From positions 180,001-212,000 of the forward strand of contig OY782392.1 of NCBI GenBank assembly GCA_963677765.1: 32,000 nt of DNA, read 5' to 3'. A program made the translations under genes and the position numbers. Positions 1 to 11,401 of the stretch are shown here, one piece after another (position 1 is the first letter of the stretch; each line of letters starts with the position of its first letter). The stretch is from Candidatus Saccharimonadota bacterium (GTDB lineage: Bacteria > Patescibacteriota > Gracilibacteria > BD1-5 > UBA6164). Below the pieces are notes generated by a model, which was not told the DNA's origin, did not search any database, and worked only from the letters and a program-made list of their open reading frames with translations.

Positions 1-2688
1 AATGCTGATTTATCAACATGAGAAAAAATAAATACAGAAGTAGTTGAATGAATAATTCAAGAAGATATATTTAATAACTTCATAAAAAAAAGTGTAAGTG
101 TTTTTTTGTACTATAAAAAATGAGAAGAAGAAAAGCTTTTTAAGAGGGTTTTTGATGAAAACACTTCATGAGTAGTAACTATTAATGCTGTTATAAATGA
201 AACAAAAACTATAACAAAACAAATAAAAGTTATTAGAATAAACAAACAAGCTCCTACTTGAGTATTAAAATATTCTCCTTCAAACAATACTTGGGTTAAT
301 TCTTCAAAAACTGTAACTCTAGAATGAGCTGCTGCATGAGAAGACTGGTTAGTATGAAACTCTAAACCAAGTTATAAGTGTGAAGAACAAGGTTGATGTA
401 TATGAACTTTGAGCATTCAAGACTCAGCTGGTAATGTTTTAGAGCTAGAATATAATATACAAAAAATAGATAAAATAAATCCTACTATACATGTAACTGC
501 ATATCCTGAAATAGCTTCATGAAAACAAAAAATATGATATAGATGTGAAGATAATGGATGAAGTTGATGTAAAAATTGAACTGATGAAAAAATAGATTAT
601 TTACCAACAGGTAGTTCAAAAATTTATTGTATAGAAGATAATGCTTGAAATTCTTCATGTCAAAAAGTAACAGCTGCAAATTCAGATAGAGATTATTCAG
701 ATGATCATCTAGCTCATACAAATGATAAAAGAAAACTATTTTTAAAATGTATAGATAACTTTAGTTGATGTACTAGTCCTGATGTTATAGAATACAAATA
801 CAAAAATATAGCTAGTACAAACCTAACTATAAAAGATAATGCTTGAAATTCATATACAAAAGTTTTTCAAATATCAAAAATAGATAAAGTAGATCCAACT
901 GTAACAATAACTTCTCCAAATAGTTTTAAAGCTACTGATGATTCTAGAATAAATGTTAGTTTCAATGATAATGTTCCAGCAAGCCAAATAAATGATTATT
1001 CTGAAAGTTGAATAAAAGAAGCAAAATACAAATGGAATTCTAGTTGTAAATCATGAACCAATATAACTTGAACAAGTGTTATAAACTGAGAAAATATAAA
1101 CCATACAGTAGCATGAAATCATAAACTATATCTTTGTGCTATAGATAATGCTGGTAATATATGAGAAACTTCAAAAGATATAATTATATACCCTTGAGAC
1201 CTTGATTTATCTCAATCATCTGTATATGCTGATACTACAAATAATAAGTATGCAAATTTTAAAGATTATTACTTATATAATTTACAATTAAAAGACAAAT
1301 ATTGAAACCCAATATTTAACAAAGAAGCAACTGAAGTAAAACAAAAATGTGATGATTCTTCTTGTAAAACATTATTCTTGGATATGGTAGATACAACTCT
1401 AAAAGATGATGCATTAATAGAATATGATTTTGCAAACAAAACAAATACAAGTTGAATTCTAAATTTCAAAATTAAATCCTATACTCCATGAGTTTTCTCT
1501 GATAATTTTTATTTCAAACTAAGAGATTGGAATGATAGTTATGGTGATGTATGATTTCCAAAAGAATACTATTTAGAATCAAATGAAAATAGTTTTCTAA
1601 AACCTATTGAATGAAAAATAGAAATTTTAGAATGATGAAATATCCCAGAAATTTGAAAAGAACAAAAATATAAAATAAATTTAATAAATACTTGAAGTCT
1701 TACTAATTATAACTCTTGAGATTTAAAAGTAGAAAAAGATTCTATAATAAATCAAGTAGAATGACATTTCTGGAATGAGTTTAAGGAAGAAAAATGATAT
1801 TTTTGAAATGATTTATCTACAGATAATATTTGATTTGTATGAAAAATTGATGCAAATAAAAACATATTAAAATGACCTCAAATAAAAGCATATAATTTAG
1901 AAATAAAATATAATCTTTTTGGTCAAAATGTAAGATATTTATTAGATAATTTAGATTCTGGACAAAGCTGTGATTTAGAAACTCTTTGAGCAAAAATATT
2001 TGGACAATTACAATGAGATGGTAAATGAGATATGACATGACAAGAAGAAAATTTTTCTGATTTATCTATATGAGAAACAAGAGCTCAAATAAGAAAAAAT
2101 GCCTATAGTCAAATATCTTCAATGAGACCAAATACTACAGTTAATTGAATAAAATATGTAGAAAACCAAAACTATGTAGTTGAAGAAAATCCTAGCTATG
2201 AAACTTTGGTTGTAAAAAATTGAAATGTTATATTAAACAAAAATAATATAAATTCTGATAATTCTAAATTATGAATAATTGTATTAAAAGACAATTATAA
2301 TGCAAAAAGAGATTTTGATAATACATGAAATGTTTATATAGCAAATAATGTGGAATACATTTGAGCATCTATATATGCAGATGGTACTCTGAGAAGTGCT
2401 AAATCAAATTGAGATAAATATGAAGATTTAGAATTAAATAAAAAATTAGAATTATTTGGTAATTTATTTACAAGAAATACTATTTGAGGTGCAGTACTTG
2501 GTTGAACTGAGTATACTATACCTTGATGACAAATTACTAGTGATTTTGAATTAGCAGAAGTTTATGACTTAAACTATGTAAGAAAAATAGACAAAGTTTG
2601 TAGTGCTAATCCAGAAGATAATTATTCTTTTGTAATTAGATACAATCCATCTATACAAACAAATCCTCCAAAATTATTTAGTAATTAA
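1..2688 (+). CDS. Large secreted/surface repeat protein, C-terminal 895 codons (start lies upstream of window)
   Basis: Frame 1 has no TAA/TAG from nt 1 to TAA at 2686-2688 when TGA is sense (dozens of in-frame TGA). Recurring Ig-like-repeat style signatures SIQDSAGNV / IEDNAGNS / IKDNAGNS / AIDNAGNI, several followed by KIDKxxPT linkers. Paired Cys. C-terminal module ...IYADGTLRS...LFGNLFTRNTIGGAVLGG.... Function inferred only from motif style. Confidence 0.8.
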
Positions 2689-2717
2689 AAAAAAGATGAC
2701 TTAGTCATCTTTTTTTG
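2686..2717. terminator. Bidirectional intrinsic terminator between convergent genes
   Basis: AAGATGAC-tta-GTCATCTT stem (2693-2711) flanked by an A-run (2686-2692) and a T-run (2712-2716). Overlaps the last codons and stop of recG. Confidence 0.65.
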
Positions 2718-4722
2718 TTTGTTTTTCAAAAAGCTCAACAATATCTTCTCTTATTTGAGATATAAGTTCCAAATCAGTTAATTCTGCAACTTTTAAATCT
2801 GGTAATCAACTTTGTCTTATACCATAAACTTCTCATGGTCATCTTAACTCTAAATCTATTTCGGCTAATTCAAATCAATTATTTGTTTTTTCCATTGCTT
2901 TTAATCTATCAGTAGATTTTCAACTAGTTGGAAATAAGTAACAATAAGATTGATGAGCTCATCTACCTACTCTTCATCTAAATTGATGTAATTGAGAAAG
3001 TCAAAATCTTTCTGCTCATTCTATACACATTATAGTTGAATTAGGAACATTTACTCATACTTCAACTACAGAAGTACTAGATAAAACTTGAATTTTATTT
3101 TCTGCAAATTGTTTCATTATTTCATCTTTTTCTTTTGGCCTCATTTTTCAATGTAATAATCAAACCTTAAAAGGATGAAATATAGCTTCTAAGTTTTCAA
3201 AAGTATTTATAGCATTAGCTAAATCTATTTTTTCTGATTCTTCAACCAAAGGACTAATCCAAAAAACTTGCCTTCATTTTTCTAATTCACTTCTAATAAA
3301 TAACTCAATCTGTTGTCTTTCTTCTTCATTCTTTGCTACTTTTGTAAAAATTTCTTTTCTTCATTTTGGGTACTGATTTATAACTGATAAATCTTGATCT
3401 CAATAAAGAGTAAGAGCCAAAGTACGAGGTATTGGAGTAGCTGTCATATTTAGATTATGTGGAATTAATCATGTTTTATTTCAAAATCATTTTTCCAAAA
3501 CTTCTCTTTGTTTTACTCAAAATCTATGTTGCTCATCTACTACCACAAATCATAAGTTATAAAAATTTACATCTTCTTGAACCAAAGCATGAGTTCATAT
3601 AACAATATCTACATTACCTGATACTATATCAGCTTTTACTGCTTTTTTTTGTTTTGCAGTTACACTTCAAACAAGCAAATGAGATGATATTCAAAATTTC
3701 ATCATAAAATCTTGCATTCATTCAAAATGCTGACGAGCCAATATTTCAGTAGGAGCCATTATTGCAGCTTGTATTTTTTCTCAGTATTTTATACTTTCTT
3801 TTATTGCATGAATAGCTGCAACAAAAGCTACTGCTGTTTTTCAAGTACCTACATCTCATTCTAGAAGTCTTTGCATAGAATGCGGTTTTTCCATGTCTTT
3901 TAATATTTGAAACAATACGATTTTTTGATGATCAGTAAATTCAAATGGAAAATATCAAAGTAATTCTTTTATAAAATCTGGATTTAGTTTTATTGCTAAA
4001 CTTCTTCATTCTGTTTCTTTGAATGAATTCATTTTAGATCATATAGCTTTATAGTTTATTTCAAATAGCTCAGAATATGCAAGTCTAAATTTAGCTTGCT
4101 CAATATCATCTTTACTTCTAGGGAAATGAACTCTTAAAATAGCATCTCTTTTGCTAATAAAGTTATATTTTTTTATAATTTCTTGAGGTAAATCTTCTGA
4201 TATATCTTTTATATATTGTTTTAGTAAAGGAATTTTTCATTCTATCCATTTACTTGGAATATAATTTAACTCAGGATAAATTGGAACAATTTCTCATGAT
4301 AATTTATCTAAGTCTGTTTCTACTTCTGGAGATTGAAATGTAACTTTTCAAAAAGCATATTTAACTTTTCATGAAACTATTACTTTTTTTCATTCATATC
4401 ATTTTAATTGAGTAGCTAGATATTTTCTATTAAACCAAACACTTTCACTAAGAAATCAATTTTTATCTTCTAAAGTTGCTTTTGTTAGGAGTTTATTGTT
4501 TGCTGTTTTTTGAGAGTTAATAGATACTAGCTTAACTAATACTGTGTTTTTTTCTTTTATATTTATAAGAGAAAAATTATCTAATACATTGGTTCTATCT
4601 TCATAATCTCTTGGAAAATGATTAAGTAAATCAGACACAGTTAAAACTCAAGCTTTTTCCAAAGCTTTTATATAATTATCTGTTGTTCTAAGAATAGTTT
4701 TATTTAGTCTAGAAGATAGCAT
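2701..4722 (-). CDS. recG: ATP-dependent DNA helicase RecG
   Basis: Table-25 translation, 673 aa. N-term MLSSRLNKTILRTTDNYIKALEKAGVLTVSDLLNHFPRDYEDRT. C-term ...[28 protein letters not shown]...[33 protein letters not shown].... Stop TAA (plus tta 2701-2703). Alternative in-frame ATG at 4740. Confidence 0.93.
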
Positions 4723-4867
4723 AAAATATTTTCATAACATTATATACACTAATTATATACTAGACTCCAAAAAAGCAAAATTTTTATTTTTTATACATAT
4801 TTTTTAAACTTGATTTTTATTGTCTTTATCTTAAAATAAAGCAAAATTAAAAAATAACTTATTATAA

Positions 4868-5554
4868 ATGCAAGAATTATTTAATAAATATAGTATTGAG
4901 CTTGAAAAAGATGAAATGGAAAAATTTGAAAAATTTTTAGAATTATTCAAAGAAACAAATTCTCAAATAAATCTTTCTGCTATAAGAGATGATGAATGAA
5001 TAATAGAAAAACATTTTATTGATTCTATAATGCTTAATATTTTTATAGATTTAGAATGAAAAGTTGCTGATATGTGAACAGGAGGTTGATTTCCATTGAT
5101 TCCATTAGCTATTACTAATCCAGATGTAAATTTTACTTGAATAGATAGTGTTTGAAAAAAATTAAAAGCAATTGAAAAATTTGCTAGTGATTTATGAATT
5201 GATAATGTTTCTACATTAAATGGTAGAGCTGAAGAATTATGACAAAATGTTGATTATAGAGAAAATTTTGATTTTGTTACTAGTAGAGCTACTGCTTATT
5301 TTCCTACATTATTAGAATATGTAATACCTTTATTAAAAGTATGATGAATATTTTGTGCATATAAACTAAATGATAAAGAAGAATTATCTAGTGCAAAAAA
5401 AGCATTATCAAGACTTTGAGCAAAAATATTAAAGGTAAAAAACTATGAATTAGCATGACAAGAAAGAACAATTGTATTTATAGAAAAAATATCTAAAACT
5501 CATGCTAAGTACCCAAGAAAAAACTGAATTCCTTTAGCAAATCCTATAAAATAA
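4868..5554 (+). CDS. rsmG: 16S rRNA (guanine527-N7)-methyltransferase RsmG/GidB
   Basis: 228 aa. MQELFNKYSIELEKDEMEKFEKFLELFKETNSQINLSAIRDDEGIIEKHFIDS...DMGTGGGFPLIPLAI...FDFVTSRA.... Two of the four Gly in the SAM-binding GTGGGFP are TGA. Stop TAA 5552-5554. Confidence 0.9.
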
Positions 5555-5564
5555 TAAATAAAAT

Positions 5565-6131
5565 ATGATATATATATTACCGACTGATACATGTTATTGA
5601 ATTGCTTGTAGTGTAGATGATATAAAAAGCTACAATAAAATATACAAAATAAAAAAAAGAAGTTATGATAAACCATTAGCTGTAATGGTACCTGATTTTG
5701 AATGGTTAGCTCAAAATACTGATTTAACATTAGAACAAATAACTTTTTTAAAAAACTATCCAAAACCATTTACTATACTTACAGATAGTATGCCTATCAG
5801 AGTATGGATAAACTATGTAAATGAAGAAGATGGTTGAGAAGAATTTATAAATAGAGCAAACTATGAAAAAATAGCTATAAGAGTAGCTCACAATAATATA
5901 CAAAAGAGATTATTAAAAGAAACATGACCAATATTTTTAACTAGTGCTAATTTTTCTTGAGAAAAAGAAATGTATACACCAAAAGAAATAAAAGAAAAAT
6001 TTTCTTATTATCTAGAAAAATGAACTATAAAATTCATTTGAGAAAATATGTGACCATTAGAACAAAACCCACCAAGTGAAATATTTGAATTCGACTGAGA
6101 TAGTTTAGAACAAATATTTTTAAGAAAATAA
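5565..6131 (+). CDS. tsaC: YrdC-domain L-threonylcarbamoyladenylate synthase (TsaC/Sua5 family)
   Basis: 188 aa. MIYILPTDTCYGIACSVDDIKSYNKIYKIKKRSYDKPLAVMV...IAIRVAHNNIQKRLLKETGPIFLTSANFSGEKE.... The PTDTxYG, KxRxxxKPL and TSAN motifs fit the YrdC fold. Stop TAA 6129-6131. Confidence 0.85.
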
Positions 6132-6164
6132 AAGAAGTCTTATAAAATAAGACTTCTTTTTTTT
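6131..6164. terminator. Bidirectional intrinsic terminator (tsaC / 134-aa ORF)
   Basis: GAAGTCTTAT-aaa-ATAAGACTTC stem (6134-6156) flanked by an A-run and a T8 run. Lies between the convergent tsaC (+) and 6177-6581 (-). Confidence 0.7.
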
Positions 6165-6176
6165 CGCTCCTTTTTT

Positions 6177-6581
6177 TTAAATACGTTTTACACTTTTTTT
6201 CATTATTGAGGCAGAAAAAGTTTTAATCCTACCATCACGATAGACACGTAAAAATCCATTTTCTGCTCTAGCTCTAGCTCCGCCCTCATAGATAAATCCA
6301 TTATCTGGTATCATCCTAAGAGTAGCTGGTGTTGTCATAGATAATGTATCAGAAATAAGAGAAGAAAAATCTCGCTCAACAGAATCAACATCATAAACAA
6401 CAACAGAAAAATCATCTTCAGTAAGTATCAAAGCCTTCTTAGCATGAACAAGTGCAGAAATAAGGCTAGAATTAAGCTCGAATGTTAATTTTGTTTTATC
6501 AAGCTTATCCTGAAAATGAAAATAAACCAAATTAGGACTATATTTTTTCAAAACAGAGTTAGTATTAATTTCGCTTTTCAC
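6177..6581 (-). CDS. Hypothetical 134-aa protein, compositionally foreign, readable in both code 11 and code 25
   Basis: Intact ORF in the standard-code track. GTG start at 6581 with GAGGA (6589-6593 on plus) 7 nt upstream. No in-frame TGA; all 6 Gly are GGN. Visibly GC-richer than its flanks. TAA stop. No TM segment or signal peptide seen. I do not recognise the family (…IPDNGFIYEGGARARAENGFLRVYRDGRIKTF…). Confidence 0.72.
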   Translation of the reverse strand: MKSEINTNSVLKKYSPNLVYFHFQDKLDKTKLTFELNSSLISALVHAKKALILTEDDFSVVVYDVDSVERDFSSLISDTLSMTTPATLRMIPDNGFIYEGGARARAENGFLRVYRDGRIKTFSASIMKKSVKRI

Positions 6582-6624
6582 AATAATTTCCTCAGTTAAA
6601 ACACTAATAGAAAAGTGTTTTATG

Positions 6625-6652
6625 ATTATAAAACATAATTATTTTAAGTCAA
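6625..6652 (-). promoter_or_regulatory. Candidate sigma70-type promoter of the 134-aa ORF
   Basis: On the minus strand: TTGACT (6652-6647), 16 nt, TATAAT (6630-6625). Followed by a 5'UTR hairpin AAAACACT/AGTGTTTT (6597-6620). An AT-rich background makes -10-like hexamers common. Confidence 0.4.
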
Positions 6653-6675
6653 TTATTTTTAATAATAATATATAA

Positions 6676-6966
6676 TTATAAACCTCAAAGTATATTCAAA
6701 GCATTCCTATATCATAAATTTTCACTATTCAATGATTTTGAAACTTTTGATATAGTAGCAGAACTCATACCAGTCTTTTTTTCTATTCTAGAATAAGATA
6801 TTCATTCTTCTAACATCTTTGCAACTTCTAATTTTCTAGAAAAATCAATCATTTCTTTTTCAGACATCAAATCCAATAAGAACTCAAAAATTCTTTCTTT
6901 TGAGTCTAATCTACTAAATATAGTTAATAAATCCTCCATTTCATAAGCTAATTCATTCTTTTTCAT
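6676..6966 (-). CDS. TrpR-like / YerC-YecD family HTH protein
   Basis: 96 aa. MKKNELAYEMEDLLTIFSRLDSKERIFEFLLDLMSEKEMIDFSRKLEVAKMLEEGISYSRIEKKTGMSSATISKVSKSLNSENLGYRNALNILGGL. The G-x-SY..I...TG.S.ATIS.V HTH signature fits the Trp-repressor-related family. Four in-frame TGA. Confidence 0.78.
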
Positions 6967-7002
6967 AAATTAATTTTAATAAATAAATTAATATAAAAAT
7001 TC

Positions 7003-7169
7003 AATGTTAAAAACTCTTAAAAAATCACTTTAGATAACTAAAGAATTTTGTTATTTACTACTTTAATCAACTAAAGTCAAAAGTCAAAAGATTATTAATT
7101 ACTACTATGTATAATAAGTATTATTCCCTACTTTTAGCCAATAAATCATTGTTAAAAACTTTTAACAAT
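7003..7169 (-). promoter_or_regulatory. Cluster of palindromes/repeats upstream of the TrpR-like gene (candidate operators)
   Basis: Perfect palindrome ATTGTTAAAA-AC-TTTTAACAAT (7148-7169). Related AATGTTAAAAACTCTTAA (7003-7020). Inverted repeats CTTTAG-ataa-CTAAAG (7028-7043) and ACTTTA-atcaac-TAAAGT (7060-7077). Tandem AGTCAAA x2 (7075-7088). Confidence 0.3.
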
Positions 7170-7205
7170 AAAAAAAAGAGATAGTTTAAATCCATCTCTT
7201 TTTTA
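7170..7205 (-). terminator. Intrinsic terminator of trpS
   Basis: AGAGAT (7177-7182) / ATCTCT (7194-7199) stem. On the minus strand it is followed by a T8 run (plus-strand A-run 7170-7177). Lies 20 nt after the trpS stop. Confidence 0.6.
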
Positions 7206-7223
7206 ACATTATTAATTTTATAA

Positions 7224-8198
7224 TTATTTTCATAATCATACTATTTCCATCATATCATTGTATTTTTTAGTTGCCATATTATTCATTTCATCATTTCATT
7301 TTTTCAATCTTTCTTCTATATAAGACATATTATTTTCAAAACTATTAAATCTTTCTCTAGCTTCAGAAAAATAATCCAAAATAATATCTAATAACTCTAG
7401 TTTTGCATGACCATATCAATAACCTCATTCTCTATACTTAGAAGCTATTTCATCTTGTTTTTCTTGTGATGCAAATAATTTTATAAGTGCAAATACATTA
7501 CAAGATTCAGGATCTTTTGGGTCATCAAGACCTTCACTACCTGTTACTATAGACATTATTTTCTTTTTTAGAGTTTTTTCATCATCAAATATACCTATAA
7601 AATTATCATAGCTTTTACTCATTTTTCTACCATCAGTTCAAGGTATAGTCATAACTTCTTCTTGAACATATTGCTCAGGCAACTTAAATAAATCCACTCA
7701 ATATGTTTTATTGAAATTCCCTGCTATATCACGAGCAAACTCCAAATGCTGTATTTGATCTTTTCATACAGGAACTATATCAGTATCATAAGTAATAATA
7801 TCACTAGCCATAAGTATAGGATAATTAAAAGTAGCCATATTTATATCACTGTTTTTATTTTGACTATCTTTGAAACTATGAGCTCTAAGCATCAAACTAT
7901 ATGGAGTAACACTTGATAATACCCAAGTAATATTGTTTATATGAGTTATTTTTGATTGTTCATATACAACTATATCAGCATCTTCAGGTAACAAAGCAAA
8001 ATATTCTTTTAACATTCTAAGTTTATTTCTTTCCATAATTTCTTTATCATGAACAGAAGTCAAAGAGTGATAATCAGCTACAAAAATATAAGCTTTTTTT
8101 CATTTTGCTAAATCTAAAAAAGGTTTAAATGCACCAAAATAGTTTCATATATGCATACCATTTCATGTTGGTTTTATTCAAGTTAATACTTTTTTCAT
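7224..8198 (-). CDS. trpS: Tryptophan--tRNA ligase
   Basis: 324 aa. [53 protein letters not shown]...[39 protein letters not shown]...KMSKSY.... Class I HIGN-type and KMSKS motifs present. Stop TAA (plus tta 7224-7226). Confidence 0.93.
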
Positions 8199-8258
8199 TT
8201 TTTATTAATTGGTTAAATACTAAATCAATAGTAACAGAAAATATTTTTTTTCAAAGTT

Positions 8259-9119
8259 TTATATAGTTTTTTTAAACAAAAATCAAGCTGATTCTCAATA
8301 TTTTATATTTTTTGAACATAATCATATATAAACATCAAATCAATAATTATTTATATAGTTATAATCATTATCAATAGCATAAGCTTCTCATTTTTTTATT
8401 TTTATAAATCAATTATAATCATCTAAAAATTTAAAGTTATCAGATTTTGGATATATTTCATATATAAACTTATACTTATCAATTTCAGAACTAGTTTTTA
8501 TTCAAAAATCTATAAATCAATAATAAGATAAAAAATTTAAAACATTATTATATCATACAATAAAAGAATCTTTAGAATTATGATTTCAACACTCAATTCA
8601 AAAAGCTTTTTTATTTTTTCTTATAAGATAAGATATCAAAGCTCATGAATTTGATAAATCATCATATAAAATTGTTTTTATATCAAAAAAATTTAAAGAT
8701 TCATCTATTAAATACTCATCACATATTCATATATTTAAATCTCATTTAGAAACACTATGCAAATCAATAACATAATCTAACTCATCCAAAATATTAGTTA
8801 ACTCTTTAAATCTAGAAAATTCATAAGAATTATCTAAAGATTGTTTATCACTAATTCTATTTAAATCATCATCTATAAATCTAAGTCATTTTTTATATGA
8901 TTCTATATTTGCTGATATAAAATATATCTTTCATGATTTTAATTTATTTTTAATATCAAAATCCTTTAAAAGCTTATAAAAAACTTCTAATCATACAATT
9001 TCATTTCAATGAGTTATAGCTATTATTCAAATATTTTTTCATGGCTTTCATGAATCTATAACAGTAATTCAATCAACTCACTTATAATTATTTTCTAAAA
9101 AAGTTTTATATCTTATCAT
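8259..9119 (-). CDS. Succinylglutamate desuccinylase/aspartoacylase (AstE/AspA, M14-like) family protein
   Basis: 286 aa. ...GKNIGIIAITHGNEIVGLEVFYKLL...GKIYFISANIESYKKGLRFIDDDLNRIS...LDYVIDLHSVSKG.... The HGNE Zn-ligand motif, DLNR and DLHS fit this family. Its ATG (9119-9117) overlaps the upstream gene's last codons. Confidence 0.72.
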
Positions 9120-9952
9120 AAAATATCATTTACTAAATTATAAATTTTTGTTGTATTAAGAATTAAGTCATCCCTATTTCATACACCATCTACAGTTCTT
9201 ATCTCAGTTGTATAACTAATTCATGGCTTCTTTAATCATACATAATTGTAACTAAATCTTGGATTATCTCAATCCAACAAAATATTTTTTATATCTGACT
9301 TTGTTAATCAAATAATTCCAGAAAAATTTATAGGATCTAACTCTGAAATAAGTTCATTTGGATCTAAAAATTCTAATTTTAAAAGAGCTTCAATTACCAA
9401 AGATACCATTTCATGCCTTTTATCTGACAACAACAACAAAGACTTATCTTTTTTATATATTTCACTAATAGCATTAGATAAAAAAACATGTCTATCAAAA
9501 TTATTATCTGTATCTATATGAAAATGTATACCTCAAATATTAGTAGCCTTTCTATAATTATTTCCTATACTTCTAAGTAAAGAATCTATTTTAGAGTATT
9601 TCTCTACTCATCAACTAACAACAGCATCAAAATTTTGATTAGGAACAGATCAATTAAGAAAAAACAATCACATTTCATTGTATACAATATCATAAACCAT
9701 TTCATAAAGTTTAACTAGCTCAGATTGTGCATCTTCTATAGAACACTTAGGTCATCCATTTCTTATTTCTATTTGAGAAGCATCTAACTCTCTTCATATC
9801 ATATTCTTGATAATATTTTTAGAATATTTTCTTTCTAATAAATTCATAACATATTCACTAGTTTGAACTCAATTATAATAATTCATAACATTCTCATTAT
9901 TATCAACTATTATAAATTCAGCTTCAAAAGATATTCAATTAGATTTATTCAT
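9113..9952 (-). CDS. Putative carboxylate-amine ligase (GCS2/YbdK-like), assignment tentative
   Basis: 279 aa. MNKSNGISFEAEFIIVDNN...GRELDASQIEIRNGGPKCSIEDAQSELVKLYEMV...ATNIGGIHFHIDTDNNFDRH.... The E-x-E ... ELxxxQIEI ... GxHxH pattern resembles glutamate-cysteine ligase family 2, but the protein is shorter than YbdK. Stop TAA (9113-9115) overlaps the next gene's start (ATGATAA). Confidence 0.5.
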
Positions 9953-10150
9953 ATTTAATTTTTTACAAAATAAAAGCATTATTTCAATAATCTGAAATAA
10001 CGCTTAGAAATTCAAAATGTTTTTTAACACCTGAAAAAACTAGAAACTGATACTCCAGACTCTAGATTTTTTCCAAGATGCATTTTTTGAAAACATTTTC
10101 ATTATCATTTTTTTAATTTTTATATAAATATTTTATAACAATTTTTAATA

Positions 10151-11278
10151 TTATTGCAAATTATTATTTATATTTAAGGCTGCAACATATCAACTAGACC
10201 AAGCCCATTGAAGATTAAATCATCAAGTTTTACCTGTAACATCAACTACTTCTCATATAAAATATAATCATTGATATTTTTTAGATTGCATATGATTATC
10301 CAACTCATCTGTATCTATTCAAGCTCAAGTAGCTTTTGCTTCTTTCCAGCTTCTCCAATTTTGTAATTCTAAATTAACATAATTATTTTCTTCATTTAAA
10401 TCAAAAAATTTTATCAATCTTTTAGGAGTATTATCTATATCAAATTCTAAATCCAAAGATAGATTATTAATTATATATTTTTCAAAATCATCTTCTTTTA
10501 ATTTTATAGAATTTAGATACTCTCATATAGAGTTTGATAAATTATGAACTATAGGTCAACTAATACCAAAATGCGTAAAAAGCATTGGTCAGTTTTCAAA
10601 ATATATAGATTTTTTATTATTTTTATCTATTAATTTCATTTTTAAATTACAACTAACTCAACTAACTTCGCTTAAATCTTTTTTAGTAGCCATTCAACAA
10701 AGAGTCCTATAAGGTGGGATTATCTTTAATCATAAATTAGATGCTATATTATAGCCTTCTCCTGTAGTTCAAATATGAGAAAAACTTTTTCATCAACTAG
10801 ATATTATAACATTTTTAGATATATATTTTTTTCATCATTCTATAGAAATTTCATAATTTCAATCTTCTAATAATACAACATTTTTTACATCTTGATTTAT
10901 TTTTAGTTCACAATTATTTTTTCTAGTATTATCAAGTAAACAATTTAATAATTCCTTACTATCTCAACTTTCTAAAATAAGTCTAGACCTATCTTCTTCT
11001 ACTATATTTATTCAATTTTCAGCAAAAAAACTCATTATATCCCAATTTGTATAACGAGAAAAAATACTATGAAGAAATTTTTTATTTTGAGTAAAATAAT
11101 CTCTTACAGGTTCTATATCCATATTTGAAACATTAGCTCTTTCTCAACCAGAAAGCAACACCTTCATACCTGGTTTAGCTGTTTTTTCAAGGATTAATTT
11201 TTTATATTTTTTATCTAAGTTAATTCAAGCAAATAATCATGCAGCTCATGCTCAAACTATAACAACATCATAAATCAT
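10151..11278 (-). CDS. HI0933/YhiN-family FAD-dependent oxidoreductase
   Basis: 375 aa. MIYDVVIVGAGAAGLFAGINL...KVLLSGGERANVSN...IISSGGKSFSHIGTTGEGYNIA...LFTHFGISGP...[29 protein letters not shown]. Dinucleotide-binding GxGxxG, with both Gly of GAGAAG encoded by TGA. Confidence 0.85.
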
Positions 11279-11353
11279 CTATATTTATTTATTTTTTATT
11301 TATTAAGCTTATTATACATATTTTAAAAAAATAATAAAATCATATTAAAAAGA

Positions 11354-11387
11354 AATAAACCAACAAGAATTAACTTGTTGGTTTATT
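11354..11387 (-). terminator. Intrinsic terminator downstream of dapD
   Basis: AATAAACCAACAAG-aattaa-CTTGTTGGTTTATT, a perfect 14-bp stem. A T-rich tract follows on the minus strand. Confidence 0.7.
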
Positions 11388-11401
11388 ATTATCCACCTTT
11401 T

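Noticed and set aside
9953-10150. Small peptide ORFs (19-22 codons, e.g. MHLGKNLESGVSVSSFFRC) and a CTAGA/TCTAG hairpin in the intergenic region between the ligase-like and flavoprotein genes
   Set aside because: The ORFs are very short and have no RBS or recognisable motif. The hairpin with its T-run is adequately explained as the weak terminator of the flavoprotein gene.
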